Position numbers and translations under genes: made by a program. 32,000 nt of DNA from Xylanibacter ruminicola 23 (GTDB lineage: Bacteria; Bacteroidota; Bacteroidia; Bacteroidales; Bacteroidaceae): contig NC_014033.1 in assembly GCF_000025925.1 (NCBI RefSeq), positions 3,060,001 through 3,092,000 on the forward strand. The letters run 5' to 3'. The notes under the pieces are model-generated. The model did no database searches. It was not told where the DNA came from and saw only the letters and a program-made list of their open reading frames with translations. Shown here piece by piece: positions 1 through 8,886 of the stretch; the stretch's first letter is position 1, and every line of letters begins with the position of its first letter.

Positions 1-1350
1 TATAAGGACGACATGCCTTACATGATTCCAAAGGAGTGTCTGCCTCTCGAGTTGCCTGAGATTGATGAGTACAAGCCAACCGAGACTGGTGAGCCACCAT
101 TGGGACGTGCTAAGATGTGGGCTTGGGATACTAAGACCGACAAGGTGGTATCAAAGGACGAGATCGACAACAAGACCGTATTCCCACTCGAGCTGAACAC
201 CATGCCTGGTTTCGCAGGTTCATCAGCCTACTATCTGCGCTATATGGACCCCAAGAACGAGCAGGCGCTTGTTAGCAAGGATGCCGATGAGTACTGGCGT
301 AACGTAGATCTGTACGTAGGTGGTACAGAGCACGCTACAGGTCACCTGATTTACTCACGTTTCTGGAACAAGTTCCTCTTCGATTCAGGTTACAGCTGCG
401 AGGACGAGCCATTCAAGAAACTGGTTAACCAGGGTATGATTCAGGGTCGTTCTAACTTCGTATATCGTATTGAGGACGAGGGTGCCGACAAGGGTAAGTT
501 TGTAAGCTTGAACCTGAGAGGTAACTATAAGGAAACCACTCCTATCCACGTAGATGTAAATATCGTATCGGCTGATATTCTGGACATTGAGGCCTTTAAG
601 GCTTGGCGACCAGATTATAACAATGCTGAGTTCATCCTCGAAGATGGCAAATACATCTGTGGTTGGGCTATCGAAAAGATGTCGAAGTCGATGTTCAATG
701 TGGTTAATCCCGATATGATTGTAGAGAAGTATGGTGCCGACACCCTGCGTCTTTACGAAATGTTCCTGGGTCCTGTTGAGCAGAGTAAGCCTTGGGATAC
801 CAACGGTATCGATGGCTGTCACCGCTTCCTGAAGAAGTTCTGGAACCTCTTCCAGAATGGATTCGACGAGGGCGCTGCTACACCCGAGAACCTGAAGAGC
901 GTACACAAGCTTATCAAGAAAGTATCTACCGATATCGAAACATTCAGCTATAACACATCTATCTCGGCCTTCATGATTTGCGTGAACGAGCTGGGCCAGC
1001 AGAAGTGTAAGAACAAGGAGATGCTGAAGACACTTGTTATACTGATTGCTCCTTTTGCACCCCATATGGCCGAAGAGCTTTGGGAGATGCTGGGTGAGCA
1101 GGGTAGTGTATGCGACTCACAGTGGCCAAAGTGGGAAGAGAAGTATCTGGTTGAGAGCGAGGCCAAGCTTGGTGTTGCCTTTAACGGTAAGACTCGCTTT
1201 GATATGACTTTCCCTGCTGACGCCGACAATAAGACCATCGAGGAGGCTGTACTGGCCGATGAGCGCGCTCAGAAGTACCTCGAAGGTTTCCAGGTAGCAA
1301 AGGTTATCATCGTCCCTAAGCGTATGGTGAACATTGTTTTAAAGAAATAA
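1..1350 (+). CDS. leuS: Leucyl-tRNA synthetase, C-terminal part (5' end lies outside the window)
   Basis: Frame 1 is open from base 1. The translation shows class I aaRS features: the 'KMSKS' signature ([13 protein letters not shown]), '[16 protein letters not shown]' and an anticodon-binding-type C-terminus. Codon usage looks like that of a highly expressed gene. Confidence 0.95.
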   Translation, partial: YKDDMPYMIPKECLPLELPEIDEYKPTETGEPPLGRAKMWAWDTKTDKVVSKDEIDNKTVFPLELNTMPGFAGSSAYYLRYMDPKNEQALVSKDADEYWRNVDLYVGGTEHATGHLIYSRFWNKFLFDSGYSCEDEPFKKLVNQGMIQGRSNFVYRIEDEGADKGKFVSLNLRGNYKETTPIHVDVNIVSADILDIEAFKAWRPDYNNAEFILEDGKYICGWAIEKMSKSMFNVVNPDMIVEKYGADTLRLYEMFLGPVEQSKPWDTNGIDGCHRFLKKFWNLFQNGFDEGAATPENLKSVHKLIKKVSTDIETFSYNTSISAFMICVNELGQQKCKNKEMLKTLVILIAPFAPHMAEELWEMLGEQGSVCDSQWPKWEEKYLVESEAKLGVAFNGKTRFDMTFPADADNKTIEEAVLADERAQKYLEGFQVAKVIIVPKRMVNIVLKK

Positions 1351-2867
1351 TGACTATCGATCATAAGATTATTTGGAATGAGGTCAAGGACTATATGTTT
1401 ATAGCCCTTGGCCTTTTTCTCTATACCATCGCCTTCACAGTATTCCTGATGCCCTATCAGATTGTGGCAGGAGGTGTCACTGGTTTATCAGCTATCATTT
1501 ACTATGCTACAGGCTTTCATCTGGAAAACACCTATATCATCATCAACGGTCTGCTACTGATAGTGGCCCTGAAGATACTGGGGTATAAGTTCCTGATGAA
1601 GACTATCTTTGCCATTTTTACGCTTTACTTCATGCTGCGATTTGCGCAAGACATCATCCCAAAGCAGGATAATGGCTTGCCATTCAAGCTCATGGGTGAA
1701 GGACAGGATTTCATGTCGATGATCATCGGCTGTGTGATTACAGGTATCGCCCTGGCTACCGTATTCCTGCATAATGGCTCTACTGGTGGCACGGATATCA
1801 TCGCAGCATCAGTCAACAAGTATCACAACGTGTCTTTGGGCTCTGTACTGATAGCAGCCGACTTCTGTATCATCGGTTCGTGTATGTTCTTCCCACAGTT
1901 CGGCACCTATCTGGAGCGTGCTCATAAGGTGATGTTCGGTTTCTGTGTGATGGCCATGGAGAACTACGTACTCGACTATGTCATGAATGCCCGCAGGCAG
2001 TCGGTACAGTTCTTTATATTCTCTCGCAAATGGCAAGAGATAGCCAACGCTATCGGCACCCAGATGAATCATGGTGTGACTATTCTTGATGGTCATGGAT
2101 GGTACACTGGTAAACAGATGAAAGTGCTCTGCATCCTGGCCAAGAAGAACGAGAGTGTAAACATGTTCCGACTCATCAAGATGATAGACCCTAACGCCTT
2201 TGTATCGCAGTCGAGTGTAATCGGTGTATATGGCGAGGGATTCGATGAGATGAAAGTAAAAATCAAGAATATCGAAGAAAAGAAAAAGATGAAAATAGTA
2301 TTTGCCACCAATAATCTGAATAAACTCAGCGAGGTTAGAAAGATTCTTGGCAACAAGTTCGAAGTACTGTCGCTTGGCGAGATAGGCTGTCACGACGACA
2401 TCCCTGAAAAAGGTCAGACACTGAAGGATAATGCCCTGATAAAAGCCCAATGGGTTTACGATAAGTATCATGTTAACTGCTTTGCCGACGATACAGGCTT
2501 AGAGGTAGATGCACTTGGAGGTGCACCTGGTGTTTACAGCGCCAGATATGCCGGCGGTGTAGGACACGACTCTGAGGCTAACATGAAAAAGCTGCTCTCC
2601 GAACTCGAGAACAACGATAATCGCAAAGCCCGATTCCGCACCGTTATCGCCCTCATCATCGATGGAAAGGTAACCACCTTTGATGGTATCGTAAACGGTG
2701 TAATTACCGAAGGTAAACGAGGCGGCGAAGGTTTTGGATACGATCCTATCTTTATGCCCGAAGGTTATAACAAAACATTTGCCGAGCTGGGTACGGGTAT
2801 TAAGAATAACATCAGTCATCGCGCCAAAGCCGTGCAGAAACTGGCCGATTATCTATTAAAAAGGTAG
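1350..2867 (+). CDS. Single ORF fusing a YitT-family membrane protein (DUF2179 C-domain) to a RdgB/HAM1-type non-canonical purine NTP pyrophosphatase
   Basis: The N-terminal ~300 aa are polytopic and hydrophobic and end in 'VIGVYGEGF', which is YitT/DUF2179-like. The C-terminal ~190 aa begin '[16 protein letters not shown]' and contain 'FGYDPIF' and 'SHRAKA', which are RdgB/ITPase hallmarks. An internal in-frame ATG lies at 2289. The start overlaps the leuS stop (TAATG). Confidence 0.8.
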   Translation: MTIDHKIIWNEVKDYMFIALGLFLYTIAFTVFLMPYQIVAGGVTGLSAIIYYATGFHLENTYIIINGLLLIVALKILGYKFLMKTIFAIFTLYFMLRFAQDIIPKQDNGLPFKLMGEGQDFMSMIIGCVITGIALATVFLHNGSTGGTDIIAASVNKYHNVSLGSVLIAADFCIIGSCMFFPQFGTYLERAHKVMFGFCVMAMENYVLDYVMNARRQSVQFFIFSRKWQEIANAIGTQMNHGVTILDGHGWYTGKQMKVLCILAKKNESVNMFRLIKMIDPNAFVSQSSVIGVYGEGFDEMKVKIKNIEEKKKMKIVFATNNLNKLSEVRKILGNKFEVLSLGEIGCHDDIPEKGQTLKDNALIKAQWVYDKYHVNCFADDTGLEVDALGGAPGVYSARYAGGVGHDSEANMKKLLSELENNDNRKARFRTVIALIIDGKVTTFDGIVNGVITEGKRGGEGFGYDPIFMPEGYNKTFAELGTGIKNNISHRAKAVQKLADYLLKR

Positions 2868-2870
2868 TGT

Positions 2871-4775
2871 ATGAAGAGGTTGCTTGCCATCGTATTTACA
2901 GTATGCTATTGCTACTTGGCAACAGCGCAAATAGGTACATGGCGCAACTATCTGGCCTACCATGATGTTCAGCAGATATGCAAGGCTAACAACGAGCTGT
3001 TTGTGCTGGCATCGAACAATCTTTACCAGTATAATATTGATGATGCGAGTATCACTACCTACGATAAAGTAAACGGGTTAAGTGATACCCGCATCACTCA
3101 TATAGCCTGGAACCAAAAAGCCAAGCGATTGATAGCCGTTTACGAAAACTCGAATATCGACTTGATAGAACCCGATGGCGACATTATTAATATATCGGCC
3201 CTCTATACCAAATCGATAACCGAGGATAAAACAGTTACAGCCATCTCTATCGATGATGTGTATGCTTATCTCACCACCAGCTTTGCTATCATTAAAGTAA
3301 ATATGCTGAAAGCTGAGATATCGGATACTTATACCAAAAATCATCCCGATTATCCGCACAATCTGCAACCTTATCAGGATGATTACGATAAGTATATCGC
3401 TACCGTATCAACCCTGATCCCAGAAGGACCGGCTTATAACCGCTTCTACCAGTCGAAATTCATTAATGGCCGACTCTATACCACAGGTGGTTATTTTCTG
3501 CCTGCAATGCCCGATAATGAACTTCCTGGCACCATTCAGGTGTATGATGGTAACAACTGGACGCTGTATCAGGAGCAGATTAACGAGATTACAGGTTATG
3601 CTTATGTGGATATCTGCTGTATTGATGCCGACCCTAACGACCCGGAACATGTATTTGCGGGAGGCAGATGCGGACTCTACGAATTTAAGAACGGCAAGCT
3701 TATTAACTATTATAATAAGGAGAATAGTCCGTTAATGGCTGCACTCGACAGAGGTAATCAGCTCGGAAATGATTATCTTTTAATATTAGGTATAAAGTTC
3801 GATGCTAAAGGTCATCTATGGGTGCTTAACAGCTTGGCTAAAGGGGTAAGCTTACTGGAGCTTACATCCGATTATCAATGGATAAGTCATCACCACCAAG
3901 AGCTTACCGACGAGAAAGGAATTACAGTACCAGGATTATCGAATATGATGTTTGATAGTCGTGGTTTACTTTGGTTTACTAATAACAACTGGGAGAATCC
4001 ATCGGTATTCTGTTACGATACCGATCAGGACGTGATACTTAAATACGATCAGATATTAAACCAGGACGATACAAAATATACCATCTACCATATCAACTGT
4101 ATTACAGAAGATAAAGAAGGTAATATATGGATAGGTACCGATGTGGGCCCATTTATGATTCAGAAATCAGAGATAGGACAATCTCAAGTTACCTTCTATC
4201 AGGTTAAAGTGCCACGTAACGACGGTACGAATTTTGCTGACTATTTGTTGAACGGCATAGCCATTAGCAGTATAGCTGTAGATGGTGGAAATCGTAAATG
4301 GTTTGGTACCGAAAGCGCTGGCGTTTTTCTTATTTCGTCAGATAATTTGATACAGGAGCATAACTTTAATATAGATAATTCAAAGCTGCTGTATAACAAT
4401 ATCTCATCTATCGCTATAAACCATCAATCAGGCGAAGTATTCTTCCTGTCGGATAATGGCTTATGTTCTTATCAGAGTAATGCTGTAGAACCTAACGAGC
4501 AGATGACTAAAGATAACGTGATAGCTTATCCTAATCCAGTTACACCCGATTTTACTGGCATGGTTACCATTACTGGATTAAGTTATGACGCTGATGTGAA
4601 GATTACAACAGCTACAGGTGCCATTGTAGCCGAAGGACGTAGTAATGGCGGTATGTTTAACTGGGATTGCTGTAATAAGCAAGGAAAACGCGTAGCAAGC
4701 GGTGTTTATATGGTGATAACAGCTACATCGGATGGTAAGAAAGGTACCGTTTGTAAAATTGCCGTTATCAATTAA
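2871..4775 (+). CDS. Secreted beta-propeller protein with a T9SS C-terminal sorting domain, PorZ-like
   Basis: There is an N-terminal signal peptide (MKRLLAIVFTVCYCYLATAQ). Repeated 'two-component regulator propeller'-like blades are present (GNIWIGTDVG, GLLWFTNNN, GHLWVLNS, NRKWFGTESAG). The last ~80 aa (AYPNPV...GVYMVITA...KIAVIN) look like a type-A Por/T9SS CTD. Confidence 0.65.
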   Translation: MKRLLAIVFTVCYCYLATAQIGTWRNYLAYHDVQQICKANNELFVLASNNLYQYNIDDASITTYDKVNGLSDTRITHIAWNQKAKRLIAVYENSNIDLIEPDGDIINISALYTKSITEDKTVTAISIDDVYAYLTTSFAIIKVNMLKAEISDTYTKNHPDYPHNLQPYQDDYDKYIATVSTLIPEGPAYNRFYQSKFINGRLYTTGGYFLPAMPDNELPGTIQVYDGNNWTLYQEQINEITGYAYVDICCIDADPNDPEHVFAGGRCGLYEFKNGKLINYYNKENSPLMAALDRGNQLGNDYLLILGIKFDAKGHLWVLNSLAKGVSLLELTSDYQWISHHHQELTDEKGITVPGLSNMMFDSRGLLWFTNNNWENPSVFCYDTDQDVILKYDQILNQDDTKYTIYHINCITEDKEGNIWIGTDVGPFMIQKSEIGQSQVTFYQVKVPRNDGTNFADYLLNGIAISSIAVDGGNRKWFGTESAGVFLISSDNLIQEHNFNIDNSKLLYNNISSIAINHQSGEVFFLSDNGLCSYQSNAVEPNEQMTKDNVIAYPNPVTPDFTGMVTITGLSYDADVKITTATGAIVAEGRSNGGMFNWDCCNKQGKRVASGVYMVITATSDGKKGTVCKIAVIN

Positions 4776-4782
4776 ATAAAAA

Positions 4783-4809
4783 GCTGGAGTTAATTAACTC
4801 AACTCCAGC
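4783..4809. terminator. Hairpin between convergent genes, likely the nadA terminator and possibly bidirectional
   Basis: GCTGGAGTT (4783-4791) is the exact reverse complement of AACTCCAGC (4801-4809), with a 9-nt loop. On the minus strand it is followed by a TTTTT run (complement of 4778-4782). The right arm overlaps the last nadA codons. Confidence 0.45.
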
Positions 4810-5741
4810 ATTCTATTAATTGGCTTAACAGCTTCTTTAGCTATCTCAGGATCAACCTCAATCTGAGGGCTCATAGTCTTTAAACAGTTATAAACCTTCT
4901 CGAGTGTATTTAATTTCATGTAATTACACTCATTACAACTGCATTCTAAGCCACTCTCGCTTATTTCTGGAGGTACAGGGATAAATTCCTTATCAGGACA
5001 AGTACGTTGCATCTCGTGCAGAATACCAGCCTCTGTAGCCACAATAAACTGCTTTTTATCGCTCTGCTGGGCATAATTCAGCATCGTAGCTGTACTTCCC
5101 TTAACTTCAGCCACAGCCAATACTGGTGCCTTGCACTCCAAGTGTGCCATCACTACTGCATCGGGATACTGCTTTTTAAGCTCCAGAATCTTTGAAACCG
5201 AGAAACGCTCGTGCACATGACAACCACCATTCCAAAGCAACATCTTTCTACCTGTCACCTCATTGATATAGTTACCAAGATTATAGTCAGGACCAAATAT
5301 CAGCTTAGCATCCTTTGGCAACTGATCAACCACCTTCTTTGCATTTCCACTGGTCACCACCACATCAGTCAGCGCCTTAACAGCTGCTGTGGTATTTACA
5401 TAACTGATAACCTGATAACCAGGATGCTCATCCTTAAACTTCTTCAGGTCTTCGGCCTTACAACTGTCGGCCAGCGAACAGCCAGCTGCCAGATCAGGAC
5501 AAAGCACAATCTTATCAGGCGATAGCAGCTTACAGGTTTCGGCCATAAAGTGCACACCACACATTACCATTACTTTGGCATCAGTCTCGGCAGCCTTACG
5601 CGCCAAAGCCAACGAGTCACCTACAAAATCGGCGATATCCTGAATATCACCAATCGTATAATAGTGAGCCAGGATGATGGCATCTTTTTCCTCACACATC
5701 TTACGAATCTCAGCTTTCAGCTCCTTTGTTGTCAACACCAT
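4794..5741 (-). CDS. nadA: Quinolinate synthase
   Basis: 315 aa. It contains 'VMCGVHFMAETCKLL', 'VNTTAAVKA' and conserved Cys-containing segments typical of NadA. Confidence 0.93.
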   Translation of the reverse strand: MVLTTKELKAEIRKMCEEKDAIILAHYYTIGDIQDIADFVGDSLALARKAAETDAKVMVMCGVHFMAETCKLLSPDKIVLCPDLAAGCSLADSCKAEDLKKFKDEHPGYQVISYVNTTAAVKALTDVVVTSGNAKKVVDQLPKDAKLIFGPDYNLGNYINEVTGRKMLLWNGGCHVHERFSVSKILELKKQYPDAVVMAHLECKAPVLAVAEVKGSTATMLNYAQQSDKKQFIVATEAGILHEMQRTCPDKEFIPVPPEISESGLECSCNECNYMKLNTLEKVYNCLKTMSPQIEVDPEIAKEAVKPINRMLELS

Positions 5742-5800
5742 ATTATTTTTATATTTCTTTTTTTATTTATTTTTTAAAAATAGAATAAGTAGTATGATAT
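5742..5800. other. Almost pure A/T tract, a candidate DNA-unwinding element or promoter region
   Basis: The sequence attatttttatatttctttttttatttattttttaaaaatagaataagtagtatgatat contains very few G/C. It lies immediately upstream of nadA on the divergent side. Confidence 0.4.
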
Positions 5801-5922
5801 GCCGTGAATATCTTGATAACTTTTTAGCGTTTTTATTGTATAATTGACTATTAACTACAAAAAATCACTTATTAACCATTACTGTTAATTCTTTCTGTCT
5901 GATAATGAACCACTAAGCATAC

Positions 5923-6108
5923 TTATCCACAATTTCCAATTTCGGTGCAAAATTAATAAGTTTATTATTTATTTTGGCATAAAAGTGTGGAAAACTTGCG
6001 AAAATATACGTAATAAACCTGTGGATATCCCCAAATGTAAGAGTGTAGGGTATAATTAACAAGTTATTAACATAGTTATCCACACACTTATCAACAGGTT
6101 TTTCCACA
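5923..6108. promoter_or_regulatory. Cluster of six DnaA-box-like 9-mers
   Basis: There are two perfect TTATCCACA boxes at 5923-5931 (+) and 6076-6084 (+). Four 1-mismatch variants are present: TTTTCCACA at 5986-5994 (-) and 6100-6108 (+), ATATCCACA at 6020-6028 (-), and TTATCAACA at 6088-6096 (+). The last three boxes are head-to-tail with starts exactly 12 bp apart. Confidence 0.6.
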
Positions 6109-6152
6109 ATTATTTGGTAGTTTGTTTTCTATGTAGTAACTTTGCAGGCAGA

Positions 6153-6683
6153 ATGAAGAAGTTACGTACAATAGAAATGGATCGTCTGACTGTCGACGAG
6201 TTTAAGCAGGCAGACAAGTTGCCACTCATTGTGGTGTTAGATGATGTGCGATCAATGCATAATGTGGGTAGTGTTTTCCGTACGGGTGATGCTTTCCGTA
6301 TCGAGGCAGTTTATCTTTGTGGTATTACCAGTACACCACCTATGGCCGAGATTCATAAAACAGCTCTTGGTGCCGAGGATAGTGTAACATGGAAATACTT
6401 CGATACGGCACTTGAGGCAGTTGAGACATTAAAGGCTGAAGGCTATGAAGTTTATTCTGTTGAACAAGCTCATGGTTCAACCATGCTTCAGAACTTTACA
6501 CCTATTAATAATAAGAAGTATGCTGTGGTGTTAGGCAACGAGGTAAAAGGTGTTCATCAGGAAGTCATCGATGCTTCGGATGGTTGTTTAGAGATACCTC
6601 AGTTTGGCACCAAACACTCCATGAATGTATCAGTAACAGGTGGCATCATCATCTGGCATTTTGCAAAAAATATCATTCTTTAG
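6153..6683 (+). CDS. TrmH/SpoU-family RNA 2'-O-methyltransferase
   Basis: SPOUT motifs are present: 'NVGSVFRTGDAF', 'VVLGNEVKGV' and 'LEIPQFGTKHSMNVSVTGGI'. I prefer the ATG at 6153 (MKKLRTIEMDRL) over the TTG at 6114 given by the ORF track, which yields 176 aa. Confidence 0.85.
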   Translation: MKKLRTIEMDRLTVDEFKQADKLPLIVVLDDVRSMHNVGSVFRTGDAFRIEAVYLCGITSTPPMAEIHKTALGAEDSVTWKYFDTALEAVETLKAEGYEVYSVEQAHGSTMLQNFTPINNKKYAVVLGNEVKGVHQEVIDASDGCLEIPQFGTKHSMNVSVTGGIIIWHFAKNIIL

Positions 6684-6757
6684 TAAAAAAGTTGTTGCTT
6701 TGATGTCACATTTCTAAACTTTCTGCGTATTAAGGATAAAAGCAACAAAGAAAAAGA

Positions 6758-7435
6758 ATGACAACTGACGAGTTTAAACAACAGGCAGAAGGGCTTAGGC
6801 TTCAATTAATCAGTGTGGCTCAGAAATATCTGGGTACTACTGATGAGGCTGAGGACATCGTACAGGATACGATGGTGAAACTCTGGCTGATGCGCGAACA
6901 ACTGAAATCGCCTATTTCAGCTTTTGCCTGTATGGTAACTCGCAACCTATGTATCGATTGTCTGCGCAGAAAGCATCCCACAGTAGATATCACTCAATTA
7001 TCTTACGAAGATGATCTGAGCGATGATGGCGAGCAGATAGAACAGATGCTACGCGTTATCGACACACTTCCTTCTACACAGCGAACCATTCTGCGTATGC
7101 ATCATCTACAAGGTATGAAAACCAAGGAGATTGCTATCGTGCTTGGCTCAACCGAGGTGGCTGTGCGTAAAACGCTGAGTAGAGCCAGATCGATGGTACG
7201 TAAACGCTTGATAGCTATATTCGCAGCCGCATCGTTACTGATAGGCATATCGATGGTAACAGTTCATGTGCTGAAAGTAGAAAACAGCGATGAATGTGTA
7301 GCTTATGTATATGGTAAGAAATATACCGACCAGCAGACTGTTATGGCTGAGATGAAGCGAACGATGGGTGAGATGACTGAGGATAATACTCAGAATGAGA
7401 TAGAACAACAGTTGAACGATTTATTTAGTAATTAA
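6758..7435 (+). CDS. ECF-type sigma-70 family factor with a C-terminal transmembrane helix and a short extracytoplasmic tail
   Basis: Region 2 is seen in 'AEDIVQDTMVKLW...RNLCIDCLRRK'. Region 4 (HTH) is seen in 'LPSTQRTILRMHHLQGMKTKEIAIVLGSTEVAVRKTLSRAR'. A hydrophobic stretch 'LIAIFAAASLLIGISMVTVHVL' follows at aa 151-172 (nt 7208-7273), then about 53 polar residues. Confidence 0.85.
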   Translation: MTTDEFKQQAEGLRLQLISVAQKYLGTTDEAEDIVQDTMVKLWLMREQLKSPISAFACMVTRNLCIDCLRRKHPTVDITQLSYEDDLSDDGEQIEQMLRVIDTLPSTQRTILRMHHLQGMKTKEIAIVLGSTEVAVRKTLSRARSMVRKRLIAIFAAASLLIGISMVTVHVLKVENSDECVAYVYGKKYTDQQTVMAEMKRTMGEMTEDNTQNEIEQQLNDLFSN

Positions 7436-7440
7436 GAGAT

Positions 7441-7887
7441 ATGAAACGAGTACTGATGATTTTCATGGCGTGTTTTTGGATGCTGCTTACAACCAATGCA
7501 CAGAGTGGACTGAACATAGAACCACTCTTTGCAGGAAAGATTATCCCACAGCAGCGAATGGTTGAAACACGAGTAAAAGGTAAGATGCTCTCTAAGTATC
7601 AGCTTACCTTATTTCGCAGTGTGCGCTTTCAGGCCAACAATAAGCAGGAGATAACTCGTGTACACGATCTGATTGAACTCGATAAGAAAAAGCATCCTAA
7701 CAATATCTATTCTGAAAACTACTCAAGCACCAAGAGTCGTTCGAAGGAAACATTGATGCTACAACTATCCAAAGAGGGCAACCATAACCGTTTTCTGTGC
7801 TATAAACGAAATAACGAGGAGGTTACGGTTATCTATATGGAAGGTACGCTCAATTCGCTGGATACATTACGAGAATTAATTAAATAA
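7441..7887 (+). CDS. Small secreted protein of unknown function in the sigma cassette
   Basis: It has a signal peptide (MKRVLMIFMACFWMLLTTNAQ) and starts 5 nt after the sigma gene. I recognise no catalytic motif. Confidence 0.6.
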   Translation: MKRVLMIFMACFWMLLTTNAQSGLNIEPLFAGKIIPQQRMVETRVKGKMLSKYQLTLFRSVRFQANNKQEITRVHDLIELDKKKHPNNIYSENYSSTKSRSKETLMLQLSKEGNHNRFLCYKRNNEEVTVIYMEGTLNSLDTLRELIK

Positions 7888-7899
7888 AGATATAACGAT

Positions 7900-8784
7900 A
7901 TGAAAAAGCTATTTATTCTTTTCCTCTTGGCTGTTTCGGCCACAGTAAATGCAACTACAGTTGCCGATAACGACACCCTGACCATTCTTAAGCCTCAAAA
8001 GGTGCGTATCATCACTGGTGATTCAATCCAAAAAGTAAAAGTTTACGGACGTGAGAATGATGATAAGTACACCTACGAAAGTAAAATTCTGTTGGTTGAC
8101 TCTAACTATGTGAGCGAGACCAATATTAATAAAGATACCTGGAACTTTGATTTTGTAAAGAAACATAGCAGAGGTACAGGTTATCCATTAAAAACTAATA
8201 ATGCCAGTATGCGTCTGGCTGTTGGTCTTACATATGGTGCTGATGCAAAATACAATAGTTCACAGTCGGTAGGCAGTTCATGGGAAATCATGTGGACCAT
8301 TATGGAGTGGGAGAAATTTAAGTACGGACAGCACAATGGATTCTCAATAGGCTTTGGTGTTGATTGGCGTAATTTCCGTATCGATGGTCGTCAGTATTTT
8401 TACAAAGCCAATGATGGTATGCTGTCAGAGCAGAGTTATCCTGCAGGCTATGAGGCCGATTTCTCGCGTATAAAGGTGTTCAGTCTGCAGATTCCTATGA
8501 TGTGGAAATATCGTACCAAGAAAACAACTTTTGGCTTAGGTCCTGTCATCAACTTCAATACCTATGCCAGCATTAAGAATAAATATCGCGATGCTGATGG
8601 TAATAAACACAAGGATGTGTATAAGCAAATTCACCAGCGTCCTATCACAGTAGATATCATGGGTGAGGTAAGTATCCATAACTGGGTTAGCATCTATGCC
8701 AAATACTCGCCAATGAGTATTCTGAATTCCACCTATGGTGATGGTATTAATTTCCACCCCGTATCGTTTGGCGTATATTTCTGA
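7900..8784 (+). CDS. Outer-membrane beta-barrel protein (putative)
   Basis: It has a signal peptide (MKKLFILFLLAVSATVNA), alternating aromatic/polar beta-strand patterning, and a C-terminal aromatic residue ('VSFGVYF') typical of OMPs. Confidence 0.65.
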   Translation: MKKLFILFLLAVSATVNATTVADNDTLTILKPQKVRIITGDSIQKVKVYGRENDDKYTYESKILLVDSNYVSETNINKDTWNFDFVKKHSRGTGYPLKTNNASMRLAVGLTYGADAKYNSSQSVGSSWEIMWTIMEWEKFKYGQHNGFSIGFGVDWRNFRIDGRQYFYKANDGMLSEQSYPAGYEADFSRIKVFSLQIPMMWKYRTKKTTFGLGPVINFNTYASIKNKYRDADGNKHKDVYKQIHQRPITVDIMGEVSIHNWVSIYAKYSPMSILNSTYGDGINFHPVSFGVYF

Positions 8785-8809
8785 TACTGTTTAGGTAATA
8801 ATAACAAAG

Positions 8810-8847
8810 AAATCCCACAGAAGTTTTGTTTTCTGTGGGATTTTTCG
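8810..8847 (+). terminator. Rho-independent terminator of the sigma cassette
   Basis: A 13-bp perfect stem pairs AAATCCCACAGAA (8810-8822) with TTCTGTGGGATTT (8831-8843), with an 8-nt loop and a trailing T run. Confidence 0.7.
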
Positions 8848-8855
8848 TAATTTTG
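8848..8855 (+). promoter_or_regulatory. Bacteroidetes-type -7 promoter element (TAnnTTTG) upstream of metG
   Basis: TAATTTTG lies at 8848-8855, 32 nt upstream of the metG ATG. Confidence 0.4.
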
Positions 8856-8886
8856 CAGCCAAAATAATAAATACGTATTTAAGGAA

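Noticed and set aside
5913-6107. 64-aa ORF on the minus strand in the nadA/trmH intergenic region.
   Set aside because: It sits in the A/T-rich spacer. Its 'VDK/VDN/HR' residues are just translations of the DnaA-box 9-mers. It has no plausible start context or known motif, so the region is better explained as regulatory or origin DNA.
6114-6152. TTG start at 6114 for the TrmH-family gene, as listed in the ORF track.
   Set aside because: The extra residues (MVVCFLCSNFAGR) are not protein-like for this family. The ATG at 6153 gives the typical 'MKKL..I.E..R....EFK' N-terminus and a ~176-aa product.
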